Assembly: GCA_951406725.2 (NCBI GenBank)
Contig: OX597817.1
Coordinates: 79,608,001-79,672,000 of the forward strand
Length of the DNA: 64,000 nt
Reading direction: 5' to 3'
Source: Octopus vulgaris
Lineage: Eukaryota
Shown here: positions 51,689 through 64,000 of the stretch, piece after piece
How positions within the stretch are numbered: position 1 is the stretch's first letter
Layout: the number at the start of each line of letters is the position of its first letter
The notes under the pieces: model-generated
The model's input: the letters and a program-made list of their open reading frames with translations, nothing else
Told to the model about the DNA's origin: nothing
Database searches by the model: none
Made by a program: the position numbers and the translations under genes

Positions 51689-53246
51689 CCTTTCTTTTCA
51701 CCTCTTTCTTGAACTAACCATGAGAGAGCGTCACAAATTCGGTCTTAGCGTGATAACTATTACTTTCCCCGTACTACACATCGTTAACACAGCTCTCCTT
51801 TTCTAAAACTCACTCTTCGCCTCTCCCTTTAAATAACCACGTGACAGCATAATGCATTCGGGCTTAGATTATTACTATATAGATATTGTTTCGTTACATA
51901 TTGCTGTGCTTTAATTTGACGATATTGACAAGTGAACATGAAATTAGTGTTATCTTCCAAGTGAGATATATTTAGATTGGTGATTTGAATTATATACATA
52001 TACACACATACATAGATATACATAGATATACATAGAGATAAACGGATAGCGAACGCGACCGACTTTCTCTTACCACCGAAGCCATTACATCTTCCCACCA
52101 TCCCCTTTCTCTCTCTCACTCTCACTTCCTTTCTGTCTCTCTCTCTCTCACCCTCTCTCTTCCTCTCTTTGAAATGAAGCACTAGTGACTAGAAGCATGT
52201 ATATTCCTCGCCACATATGACTTTTGAATTTACAGAGCCCTTTCCATAGCGTTCCTAGCGTAACTTACGTAGAAATATGTTCAGAAACATACACTTGCGT
52301 ACATACACGGATCAGTAAAGGAGCCTTCATGTGATTGTTTGACCTGCAAGAAAGAGGACCAAGATATATCTCAAATAACATGCTACATGCTCTCCTCGTA
52401 CAAACTGAGTAGAAGTCCCGTATATATTTATATGTATGAGTGTTTGTGTTATTGTGCCTATGCCTGTTCCCCATCACCTCTTGGCTAGAGGTGTATGTTT
52501 GTTTACGTCCCCGTTAATTAGTGAATAGCCTTTTCAAAGCGTTTCTATAGCATGGCTGCTGTCCAATGACTGAAAGAAGTAAAAAGACAAAGAGAAGAAA
52601 AATTATAATAAAACTAGCTGACCACGTGCCGTCAATAATGACGGCTAATTGTAGTATGTATGTATAAAATACTACAATAAATAGGGTACTACAATAAATA
52701 CTACAATAAATAAGGTACATAATAATCACACATACAAACATTCCCTTGTACATGCACACACATACACACATATGCTCACACAGAGTTGAAACGCTGATTT
52801 TTTTTTTCACCCCTTCCTTCCTTATTCATCTATCACCCCTTTTTTTCTCTCCTTGCTATTACTTTCTCTCACTCCCTCTCAGTCAGGGCTATTACTCTCA
52901 CTACTTCTTCAATGAATTACTATTTTCTCTCCTCCTCCGCGTCCAACGAAACAGGGACAACTGAAGAACGGGAATATTTCTTGTGTTGTATGTCTTGTAC
53001 TCTGTTTTTTCGTTGTTTGAAAAAAAGTTCGTTTCCATGTTTTTGTTTTTATGCTTTCGTTTCTCATTGTGTTCAACGTTTTTTTTTTGTGGTGTCCTGT
53101 ACCCATATATACATGTATATATACATATAGATGTAGGTATGTATATATATGTATGTATATATGCATATGCTTATATATTATTTATGTTATTATATGATCG
53201 AACGCCACGCATCCATTTCCAAGTAAGTTTTATATATATATATATA

Positions 53247-53650
53247 TTACTCTTTTACTCTTTTACTTGTTTCAGTCATTTGAGTGCGGCCTTGCTGGAG
53301 CACCACCTTTAATCGAGCAACTCGACCCCGGGACTTATTCTTTGTAAGCCCAGTACTTATTCTATCGGTCTATTTTGCCGAACCGCTAAGTGACGGGGAC
53401 ATAAACACACCAGCATCGGTTGTCAAGCAATGCTAAGGGGACAAACACAGACACACAAACATACACGCACACATATATATATATATATATACATATATAC
53501 GACGGGCTTCTTTCAGTTTCCGTCTACCAAATCCAGTCACAAGGCTTTGGTCGGCCCGAGGCTATAGTAGTGGTTTGAGAAAGCCTATATTCAAAAAGGT
53601 GCCCGGAACCATGTGGTTGGTAAGCAAGCTACTTACCACACAGCCACTCC
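53247..53650 (-). mobile_element. SINE family B, young copy
   Basis: 3' half nearly identical to 5789-6020; head ggaaccatgtggttggtaagcaagctacttaccacacagcc. Confidence 0.9.
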
Positions 53651-54243
53651 TACTTGTCAGATTGTCTGTATTTATTTATTTATTTATAAACATGCTCATT
53701 ATTATATTAGAAGAAGGAATTGTTTTGAATGGAACATTTTTGAATACAGGCTTTCTCAAACAAATGCTGATCAACAAAAAAATATCAATTGGATGCTAGA
53801 ATTAACGAGGAAGTGAGTATTTGGTTGATGGACCTGCCTGAAATAGCAGCTAGATCACTCTCAAATCAATTTGGAATGTTTGCAAAGATACAGAAAAGTG
53901 GAGATGGACACTACTGGAATGATTCTTCTCACAGATCAGGGTTAACCTGTGGATAAACACCAAAAGCATCAACGACAACAATAAGAAAGGCAAATTCATT
54001 CATAAATGCGAAACGAAAAACAGACGTAGTTTAGTGGTCATATAACTCAAGACATACGAAATTCACACTTACACATACGAAATTCTCACACATGCATACA
54101 CACACACTTACACACAATTCTTCGACAGTAATGCATTCAGTTATACGTTCTGTATCACATTCACATACATGTGCCTGCATACAATGCACACACTTACACA
54201 GGTCCTTTTTCTTCATTCATAGAGATTATTTCATATTTCCTCT

Positions 54244-54286
<43 letters not shown>

Positions 54287-54961
54287 ATATATATATATAT
54301 AATACATATTATTGTATATATATATATATATGATATATATAATACATATTTGTATATATATGTATGTATATATATATATACACACACACACATATATATA
54401 CCGTATATATTATATTATAAATATACATACAAACATATATATATATATATACATACATACATAAACTCATACACACGCACACACCTGCAAATACATTGGC
54501 CTTCCTTAAGTCCTCGTATACATCCACTGATATACGCACATGTATAGAAAAAGCAATTCAGAAGCGGACCCCCCCTTCCTCGGACACACAACAAGACCGT
54601 TTCCCCCCGCCCCTCGCCATAGCCACACACCCCGCCATTCAAGAAACAACATTGTATTGATTTATGTCCGAGTGCAAAATAGGGTTGCCTTCTCATCTCT
54701 GGCTAGTCTCATACTTGTCAGATTGTCTGAGCAGTTTTGTAACTAGGTCCTCCACCACAGCCATATCCCTCTTCATTGACTCTCCGTATACTTCCTTATA
54801 AATGCGCACCCATATACATACACAGGCATACACAAACACTCACACACATATGTATCTCATATACATAGAAATATGTGTCTGTGCTCGTATCGTATATATA
54901 GACATATATATAATAATATACATACATATCATATGCATGTAAGTATATATATATATATGTT

Positions 54962-55002
<41 letters not shown>

Positions 55003-55417
55003 GTATATGAATTAGTTGTGTTGATCGAATTATTGAAAAAACATTTGGTGGAACTCTGTTCAAGCGGTAGAGTAAAATTTATTGATAATAGTGGATTAAA
55101 TGTAACAGTAAGTCTCGCCTTCAATGGCTTATACATATATAAATATATATCCACACATAGGTGAGCACATAAATGCAAAATAAGGCGGGAAAATGGTACT
55201 CGAATACCAAACGTAGAGCAATATGCTTTTATTAAAACAGCAAAATTATCAAAAGGTTGTAACTCAGTTATTCACGTTCCTATTCGATTTAGAAATTGCC
55301 AGCGATTTAGAAATTTAGAGTCAAAAGATATTTTGCACACAAAATTCAGATGAATTTGAAAGGTTTTGGTGCAAGTTTTAATTGTTTCAAAAAGAAAAAG
55401 AGTATATATATCCTATC

Positions 55418-55870
55418 AGTGCATGGCTCAGAGTTTAGAGCGTCGAGGTTGTGAGTTCGATTCTTAGATAGGGCTGCGTGTTGTGTTCTTGAGCGAGACA
55501 CTATATTTCACATTGCTCCAGTTCACTCAGCTGTAGAAATGAGTTGCGCATCATTAGTACCAAGCTGTATCAGGATTTGCCTTTCCTTGAATAACATCGG
55601 TGGCGTAGAGAGAGGAGGCTGGTATGCATGAGCGACTACTGGTTTTCCAGAAACAACCTTGCTCGGAGTTGTGCCTCGGAGGGGAACTTTCTAGGAGCAA
55701 TACTATGGTCATTCATGACCAAAGGGAGTCTTTACTCCTTACCTTATGTAATATAATAGTGTGGTGAGTGGAGGCTGCTATGCATGGGTAACTGCTGGCC
55801 TTCCGTAAACAACCTTACCGGAATTTCTAGGTGTAATCCCATGGTCTCTCATGACTGAAGGGGCTCTCTA
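55418..55870 (+). mobile_element. SINE family C plus a partial second 3' half (~55765-55870)
   Basis: tggctcagag..gagttcgattc (A/B-box-like), gttgtgttcttgagc.agacact, ttgctccagttcactcagctg; tail tttctagg.g.aat..catggtc..tcatgac occurs twice. Confidence 0.8.
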
Positions 55871-57383
55871 GTATCCTATTAATCGCAGTAAATTGTATCA
55901 GTAAGCAGCACACTTAAATATCAAACGGCTTATCCCATCTTGCTATGAACAAGTACTGTTTATGTAGATGCTCGCCATCACTTAATCTGTAAGCGGCAAT
56001 ACACTCTATAAAACTTTGTAAGCATTTTGTAAGCCTGCAATTCAGAGATTTTTCTTTTAAGAGTACATCATGGAAGTAGGTAAGCTGTCAAACTAACTAG
56101 ATCTTGGTACTCACATCAAGACTAAACTTTTTAAATGGGTTCGTTGTCTTACAATGAGCCAAATAAAACATAATATCAGTGTTATGGTTATCGTAATTGA
56201 TCCCAATTGCAATGTGTTGTGTTTATCTATAACGTAAACATAAGTGTCATTTCAGCTACATATAACATATTAAATCATTTGGATTGAAAAAAAAAAAGAA
56301 AAATCGAGAAAGTGTAAGAGCGAGAAAGCGGAACGTAAGAGCGAGGAGTATGAGAAAAGAGAAAGATTATTGGTGATATTAATTTCATAGTTTCTACAAA
56401 CCGTAAATTTATTGGTCTGATACGATCGGATCATAAGCAAATTCCCAGACTTTCTGGTACCTATTACCAACCGCTAGGGCAAACTGAGACAATGTAGAAC
56501 AAATTGTCTGCATTGATCACGCCTAGAGACATGGCAAAACAATTTCAAATGTTTCTATACTAACGAACATTCCACTGATAGACCACAAAACGTATATAAC
56601 TATTCGTCTACTTGCTTTAAACATAACATCACTTTTCAGTCACTGCACTCACTCAAATTATTGTGCACTTGAATTTTGCAAAGGTAAACCCCATTGAAAG
56701 CCAACAAACGTACTACTATAGAGGTCTTGAAACTACAATCCATTAGCCATCAGTCACAAATCTTAATGCAAACGAGCTATCTGACCTTTACCCATTCTCA
56801 ATAGACCGTATAAAAAGCTCTGTACTAAAGCTAGGCTATGTTCACATACATATATATTGACACCACTACCAAAACATCTACAATCAAAAGTGTAGATGCA
56901 TAAGGCTCAAACAATAAGTGAAAATACTCTTGAAGCTTCGATCTGTTTTACCAATTTCCTGTATATGTCTATGGTATGGTCTACGTTCTGTCGTAACATT
57001 AAGAAGGTCTTTCAAATTCAGTGTCTCCAGAAAATTGTTTCATCTAGGATTATTTAAAAACCACACCGACCGACTAATTGAATACATACAATGCTGACAT
57101 TAATATCTGCAACTGAAGGCGACAAAATAATAATCTCGATATAGAGTTTTCAAATATTCTACAAATGAAAGAGATACTAATTATTCATTCAATAACCAGC
57201 CATTAAAAAAATACATACGCATACACACGCATACATTACATATAGATCCTTGCTGATTCGTTTGTGTTTTTATATTGAATAACTTATTGCTTCACAAGCT
57301 TCAACACACATCAGCAAATATATTGTTTTTGATATTTTGGAACAAAAAATGACCGAGAGAGTGCCTGTCACGGAAGAGATTAG

Positions 57384-57640
57384 TGGAGGCGCATGGCTTA
57401 GTGGTTAGAGAGTTGGACTCATGAATCGTAAGATTGTGGGTTCGATTCCTGGACCGAGCAATGCGTTGTGTTCTTGAGAAAAACAATTCATTTCATGTTG
57501 CTCCAGTCCACTCCGCTGGCAAAACCGAGAAATCTTACGACGGACCGGCGTCCTATTCAGGTTGGGAATGCATAAGCCATGAAACCAGGCAACCGGCCCT
57601 TATGAGCTAGTGTGACTCGAGAAGAAAACTGCTTTTACTG
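57384..57640 (+). mobile_element. SINE family C-type head with a different tail
   Basis: gtggaggcgcatggcttagtggttagag..gggttcgattcc tRNA-like head, then gttgtgttcttgag..ttgctccagtccactc. Confidence 0.8.
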
Positions 57641-57850
57641 AAGAGACGAAATCACACTCAAAGCACCATGTCTGATTGCCAGCCGTCATCACTAGGAGCA
57701 GTGGTCGATGTTTGTATACAAACAAAGTCTATAAGAGGAAAAGGTTTATTCGAGACAATATCCTGTAATGCATACCTTTTACGTATGAACGTACAGCAAT
57801 GAGTTAAAAATCATATCTTTGTACAAACGCATACAAACACAGACACACAT

Positions 57851-58052
57851 AAGTTCCTGGCTTTAAGGCTATCACGAAAGTCTTACTTGGAAGCCAAACC
57901 TTCCGCATTCTTTTAAATGGCTTAGAATAACTGAATGACTGCCGCAATAAGTGTGTGAATCTGAGAGGGAATATGTTGGATAAAATCATAATTAACTGAT
58001 TCTCCTGTAGTTTCTTTTACCAAAGCCAGGAACTTTTCAGCACCTCCTCGTA
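57851..58052. mobile_element. Small mariner-type MITE, left TIR partly lost
   Basis: aagttcctggcttt (57851) versus aaagccaggaacttttcagcacctcctcg|TA (to 58052). Confidence 0.7.
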
Positions 58053-58074
58053 CATACATACATACCTTAATAAT

Positions 58075-58530
58075 AATGGTTTCTGACTGTGGCACAAGGC
58101 CAACAATTTTGGCGGAGGGGATAAGTCGATTACATCGACCCCAGTATTTAACTGGTACTTATTATATCAACCCCCGAGTGGATGAAAGATAAGGTCGAGC
58201 TCAGCGGAATTTGAACTAAGAACGTGAAGATGGACGAAATGCCGCTAAGCATTCCGCCCGGCGTGTTAATGATTCTACCAGCTTGCTGTACATTCTTTAA
58301 TAAGATGAGACAACAGTAATAATACTTACTACAATAGACACAAGGCCTGAAATTTTGGGGGAAGAGACTAGTCAATTACAGTGCTTCACAGGTACTTTAT
58401 TTATTGACCCCCAAAAGGATGAAAAGCAAAGACGACCTCGGCAGAATTTGAACACTGAATGTACTGACGGGTGAAACACCACTACGCATTTCGTCCAACG
58501 TACTAACGACTCTGCGAGCTCGCCACCATC
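58075..58530 (-). mobile_element. Two SINE family A copies with tail B (58075-58285, 58325-58530)
   Basis: Reverse-complement core and gcacaaggcc tail in each copy. Confidence 0.85.
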
Positions 58531-58944
58531 CCAATAATAATAATAATAATAATAATAATTTCTTTGCAATTAATAGCCAATATAATACGGTTGGTTTATT
58601 GATATCTTCAGTCATGCTTTACATCGTACAGGGAAAGTGAAGGGAAAGCAAAAGAGACACACAAAAGAGGTGCAGAATGAATGCACATACTAAGCTAAGC
58701 TGCAGGCAATGAGTAAAGTAACGCTATACACACTGACATACACAGGAAATCAAGGAAACAGGCGAGGGAATATATGCCAGGATAGTCATGAGAGTGTTAT
58801 ACAAACTAGAAATTTGTTTTATTCAATTTTATTTCAAGGTAACTGAATATTTTTCTTTTGAAAAATTAGTTTTAATTTCATTGTTTTGTGTAAGCACCAA
58901 GAAATTTGCACTCAGTTAAATCATAATTATTGTACATTTTTATA

Positions 58945-59109
58945 TGCAGGTGTAGCTGTGTGGTAAGAAGCTTGCTTCTCAACCACATGGTTCCAGGTTC
59001 AGTCCCACTGTGTGACATGTCACCTTCGGCAAATGTCTTTTACTCTAGCCTCGGCACGACCAAAGCCTTGTGAGTGGATTTGATAGAAGGAAACTGAAAG
59101 AAGTCTGTC

Positions 59110-59144
<35 letters not shown>

Positions 59145-59342
59145 ACCCCCACCATCGCTTGACAACCGATCCTGGTGTGTTTACGTCCTCGTAACTTAGT
59201 GGTTCGGAAAACGAACCAATGGAATTAGTAGGTTCTGGAGTTGTCGTGTTTGATTAAAACCCGTCAAAGCGGTGCTCCAGCATGGTAGCGCTCAAATGAC
59301 TGAAACAAGTAAAAGAATAACGGAATAAAAGAATTAAAGAAT
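58945..59342 (+). mobile_element. SINE family B
   Basis: gcaggtgtagctgtgtggtaagaagcttgcttc.caaccacatggttcc..(TG)n..gaaacaagtaaaagaata. Confidence 0.88.
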
Positions 59343-59608
59343 ATATACCATATGACCAAATATTACCTATGGTGGCTAAACTATATATCTTATGTTACCC
59401 AACATATGACAGACAACACTCCAGTCTTTGAAAAGTTAGTGTGGTGATATTATTTGCATTCATCACAAGGATATAAACGCATAAATATGGTAATAAAATA
59501 TATAAATTTCTTTTTTACATTAAACATCGTACAATAAATAATGATTCTGAGAAGTATATATATCAGTGTGTATGAGTGTGCTCCTGTGTGAGTTTGTGGG
59601 CGCACATT

Positions 59609-59660
<52 letters not shown>

Positions 59661-59781
59661 TGAGAGAGTTATACATATAGATACATATATATATATGTAT
59701 ATGTGGGGGGTGTATATATATATATATATATATATGCATATGTATATATATATATACATATGCATATATATATGCATATAC

Positions 59782-59853
<72 letters not shown>

Positions 59854-59979
59854 TTATATACTTATGAGTAAATATACATATGTGTATGTGTGTATTTACA
59901 TGTTTATACATATGCATGTCATATGTATGTGTGGGCTCGCATGTGTATAGATATATATATATACATGTTTGTGTGTGTA

Positions 59980-60049
<70 letters not shown>

Positions 60050-60521
60050 TATGCACGTCCGTGCACGTAACTGAGTGTTTGTATGATTGTGTTTGTGTTT
60101 GATGTAAAAGACAATTGTTCAGAAGTTGTATAACCAAGAATAGCATCAACTAACCATTTAGCAGTAAGGTAGCTGTAGTCACAAAAAAAACCAAAAAAAA
60201 ACACAGCAATAAATATGCAAAATAAACAACAATCGAACACAAGCGAAATTCAATAAAAAAAAAAAAAACATGAATGAAGAAAGTATGAATGAAGGAAGGT
60301 AAGAAAGAAAGAGAAAAAGAAAGGAGTACATTTAATCAATAAAGAAAAATATACCTAAATGAAATATTCCAGCACTGGAGGCGTTGAGCACAAGTTTGAC
60401 ATGGAACATACAGGGATCTGAAAATAGATATTTGTCCTCACTCATCAATCCAGAAGCAGCGCGACCACAAACAACTGCTACCACCACCACCATCACCACC
60501 ATCACCAGCGTCAAGACTGTT

Positions 60522-61550
60522 ACCGCCAGCACCAGCGCCACAATGACCACTAAATCTACGACCGCCATTCATTTTTTTTTTTTTACATAGCAGATGATAC
60601 TTCATAAATATCTGGTGCAGGGTTCTAATTCAAAACGATCTCCTCAATAACGGTTTTAAAATGTTGGCAAAAGGCTCAAATTTCTTGGGTAGAGGTAAGT
60701 CGATTACATTATGGAAGCACTCCGTCGGTTACAACGATGAGGGTTCCGGTTGATCCGAATCAACGGAACAGCCTGCTCGTGAAATTAACGTGTAAGTGGC
60801 TGAGCACTCCACAGACACGTGTACCCTTAATGTAGTTCTAGGGGATATTCAGCGTGACACAGAGAGTGACAAGGCCGGCCCTTTGAAATACAGGTACAAC
60901 AGAAACAGGAAGTAAGAGTGAGAGAAAGTTGTGGTGAAAGAGTACAGCAGGGATCACCACCATCCCTGGCGGAGCCTCGTGGAGCTTTAGGTGTTTTCGC
61001 TCAATAAACACTCACAACGCCCGGTCTGGGAATCGTAACCGCGATCCTAGGACCGCGAGTCCGCTGCCCTAACCGCTGGGCCATTGCGCCTCCACCGATT
61101 ACATTACTTCCAGTGTTCAACTGGTACTTATTTTACCGACTCCAAGAGGACGAACCGTGAAATCGACCTAAGCGTAATTTGAACCCAGAAGGTAAAGACT
61201 GACAAAATATCGCTAAGAATTTAGCATGAGTGCTAATAATTCTGCCAGTGCCACCATCGCAATGACCACTAAATCTACGACCGCCATTCATGTATTTTAT
61301 ATAGCAGATGGTTATTAATAAATGTGTGGTGCAGGATTTTAATTCCAAACAATCTCCGTAATCACGGTTTAAAAATTTTTGCTAGGTAAGTCGATTACAT
61401 CACTCCCAGTACTCAACTGTTATTTATTTTACCGACTCCAAGAGGACGAACCGCGAAGTCGACCTCGCCGTAATTTGAACCCAGAAGGTAAAGATTGACA
61501 AAATATCGATAAGAACTTAGCACGCGTGCTAATAATTCTGCCAGTGCTCA
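60522..61550 (+). repeat. ~300-bp tandem duplication (unique flank + old SINE-A); the first copy is interrupted by a younger SINE
   Basis: caatgaccactaaatctacgaccgccattcat at ~60541 and ~61260; gactccaagaggacgaacc..gtgctaataattctgccagtgc occurs twice. Confidence 0.9.
60712..61095 (-). mobile_element. Young tRNA-derived SINE (family C-like head) with 11-bp TSD
   Basis: Minus-strand head gtggaggcgcaatggcccagcggttagggcagcggactcgcgg..ggttacgattccc; TSD cgattacatta at 60701-60711 and 61096-61106; CpGs retained. Confidence 0.92.
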
Positions 61551-61672
61551 CCTAGTACTTATTTTATCGACTTCAATAAGATGAACGGCAACGTCGATCT
61601 CGGCGTAATTTGAACTCAGAAAGGTAAACACTAACAAAATATCGCTGAGAATTAAGTACGCTTGCTAATGAT

Positions 61673-62237
61673 TCTTTTCTACTCTAGGCGCAAGGCCCGA
61701 AATTTTGTGGGAGGGGGCCAGTCAATTAGGTCGACCCCAGTACGCAACTCCGAAAAGGATGAAAGGCAAAGTCGACCTCGGCGGAATTTGAACTCAGAAC
61801 GTAATGACTGACGAAATACCTATTTCTTTACTGCCCACAAGGGGTTAAACATAGAGTGGACAAGCAAAGACAGACAAAGGGATTAAGTCGATTACATCGA
61901 CCCCAGTGCATAACTGATACTCAATTTATCAACCCCGAAAGGGTGAAAGGCAAAATCGACCTCGGCGGAATTTGCACTCAAAACGTAACGGCAGACGAAA
62001 TACCTATTTCTTTACTACCCACAAGGGGCTACAGACAGAGAGGACAAACAAGGACAGACAAACGGATTAAGTCGATTATATCGACCCCAGTGCGTAACTG
62101 GTACTTATTTAATCGACCCCGAAAGGGTGAAAGGCAAAGTCGACCTCGGCGGAATTTGAACTCAGAACGTAGCAGCAGACGAAATACTGCAAAGCATTTT
62201 GGCCGGCGTGCTAACGTTTCTGCCAGCTCGCCACCTT
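61673..62237 (-). mobile_element. SINE family A trimer; a further monomer follows at ~62320-62507
   Basis: Junctions gaaatacc|tatttcttta at 61820/1 and 62004/5; the terminal unit has tail B. Confidence 0.92.
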
Positions 62238-62774
62238 AACAATTTATTTAATATCAAGAAGACAAAATACATAATAACAAAAAGAAATACTTCCAGCGAT
62301 TTGAATAGTAATAGCAATATTTGTTACTCAAAATTTTATGGGTATAGGCTTGACGGTTACATCGTCCTCGATGCTCAACTGGTACTTATTTTTCGTCCCT
62401 GAAAAGAGGAAAGGGAAAGCCAACCTCAGTAGAATTTGAACTCAGAACGTAAAGCTGGAAGAAACATTTTGCCCGGTGCTGTAACGATTCTACCAGTTCG
62501 CCGCCTTTATACTACTGCCGACTCTCTCGGTTACGACAACGAGTTTTCCAGTTGATCCGAACAACGGAATAATATCATTATTTTCTATTGTCATTCCATA
62601 GTGCTGGAACAATTCCCAGTGTATATAGGCCCAAACCCCATCATACCTGTGGATATATTCCAACTTATACAGAACTGGCTAGCCAGAGACAACATTACAC
62701 TATTTGATGGTCGTTGATTCTCTTGATTTCATCCACCCTTTGAAGGATTTTACATTTCGTCGCGCAGGAGTTCA

Positions 62775-63559
62775 ATAAAGAAAGACAGTTGCAGCAAGTA
62801 GTAGAAGTGAGACATGGCTATGGTTGCAGAAATGAAAGCTGAAAAGAGAGACAGAAAGTATGTTAGTAGTTGCACAAGATCAAGCATTAAGGATTAATTG
62901 GATAAAAGGCAAGATAAACAAAAACCAAATGGATTCCCAATGTAGGTTATGTAAATCAAAAGAGTAAAGCATTACTCATATGGTAAGTGAATGTAATATG
63001 CTGACTCAGAAAGAATACAAGAAAAGACATGACAACCACTGAGAGTTATGTAGAAAGCAAGGATTTGAAAATACCAATAAATTATATGAACATGAACCTA
63101 GTAAAGTACTAGAAAGTAAGAAATACAAGATGTTGTGGGGACTTTAAAATTCAGACTGACAAAGTGAAAGAAGCTAGAAGGCCTGATTTAGTAGTAGGGG
63201 ATAAAGAGAATAGAAAGTGCAAGATAATTGACCCTATAGTCCCAAATGATGAAAACATCGATATGAGAAGTATAGAAAAAATATCGAAGTACAAGGACCT
63301 AGCTATTGAATTACAGAGACTATGGAAAGTGCGGGTAAAATGTATCCCAGTAGTTATATGGGCATTGAGAACTATCCCTAAAGAGAAAATAGGCATAAAA
63401 CCCAGTTTAGTACAGCTGCAGAAAACAGTGTTATTAGGAACAGTTAGGGTACTTTGGAGGGTTCTTTGCATCTAAGGTTACTTGTTGTAGCCCGATGTTA
63501 GGATTTTTTCTTTTCCGACTGTCCTTTCCACACAACAGTCTGTTGAAAATAATAATAAA
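62775..63559 (+). mobile_element. 3' end of an R4/Dong-clade non-LTR retrotransposon (zinc knuckle + restriction-like endonuclease), decayed
   Basis: TWLWLQK*KLKRETESMLVVAQDQAL, CRLC..SITHMVSEC, YKKRHD, RPDLVV.DKE..CKIID, EKISKYKDL and LQKTVLLGT; the 3'UTR ends in (AAT)n. Confidence 0.92.
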
Positions 63560-63564
63560 TTTGA

Positions 63565-63800
63565 AGTAGGAGGCGAAGAAGGAGGAAGAGGAAGGGTATG
63601 TGGAGGAGGGGAAGGAGAGGGAGAAGAAGGAGGAAGAAAAGAAGGAGAAGAAGAAGAAGAAAAAGAAGAAGAAGAAGAAGAGGTAGAAGAAGAAGAAGAA
63701 GAAGAAGAAGAAGAAGAAGAGGTAGAAGAAGAAGAAGAAGAAGAAGAAGAAGAAGAAGAAGAAGAAGAAGAAGAAGAAGAAGAATGAATGAATGAATTAG
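63565..63800. repeat. (GAA)n / purine-rich microsatellite
   Basis: Direct observation. Confidence 0.97.
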
Positions 63801-64000
63801 TTAATTAAATAATTAATGACGGAATGAATGAATGAGGAAGTAGAACAGGGTATATGTAAAATAGTTGCTCCAAATTTCTCTCCTGTAATAATATCAAATA
63901 TCAAATTAAAATTAAGGTAGATTTGAAACAATATGACCGCATGAAAGCCCACCAAACCACACGAACACAAACTTACATGCACAGGCACATATTTTTATGG

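Noticed and set aside
52940-52990. CTGAAGA as a hammerhead core (also 14124, 57638 and CTGACGA in the 558-bp element)
   Set aside because: No correctly placed stem II followed by GAAA and closing stems.
61020-61095. tRNA genes at SINE heads (also 57384, 55418, 12057)
   Set aside because: A/B-box-like motifs continue directly into SINE bodies, some with TSDs, and no complete cloverleaf could be drawn.

Overview
AT-rich eukaryotic DNA saturated with microsatellites and transposable elements. The repeat repertoire suggests an octopus/cephalopod genome, which is an inference from repeat style and not a database match. No intact host protein-coding gene is visible. At most there is one candidate first coding exon on the minus strand (26224-26273) next to a CpG-containing promoter-like patch, so the window is probably intronic or intergenic. 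Almost all ORFs in the supplied track are microsatellite or SINE artefacts. Real coding remnants are all decayed TEs: a Penelope-like retroelement (RT + GIY-YIG) with inverted pseudo-LTRs, a mariner transposase, the 3' end of an L1/Tx1-like LINE, and the 3' end of an R4/Dong LINE. Also present are at least three tRNA-derived SINE families and several Tc1/mariner-pogo MITEs. The most interesting signals are: (1) hammerhead ribozyme motifs in (TA)n-embedded Penelope-type elements, including a canonical-core one (5161-5251) whose inverted terminal copy starts almost exactly at the predicted cleavage site; (2) a SINE that forms head-to-tail concatemers with the same junction at independent loci and shares its 3' tail with the Tx1/L1-like LINE; (3) a 558-bp fixed-ended non-coding element found only inside (AAT)n tracts.
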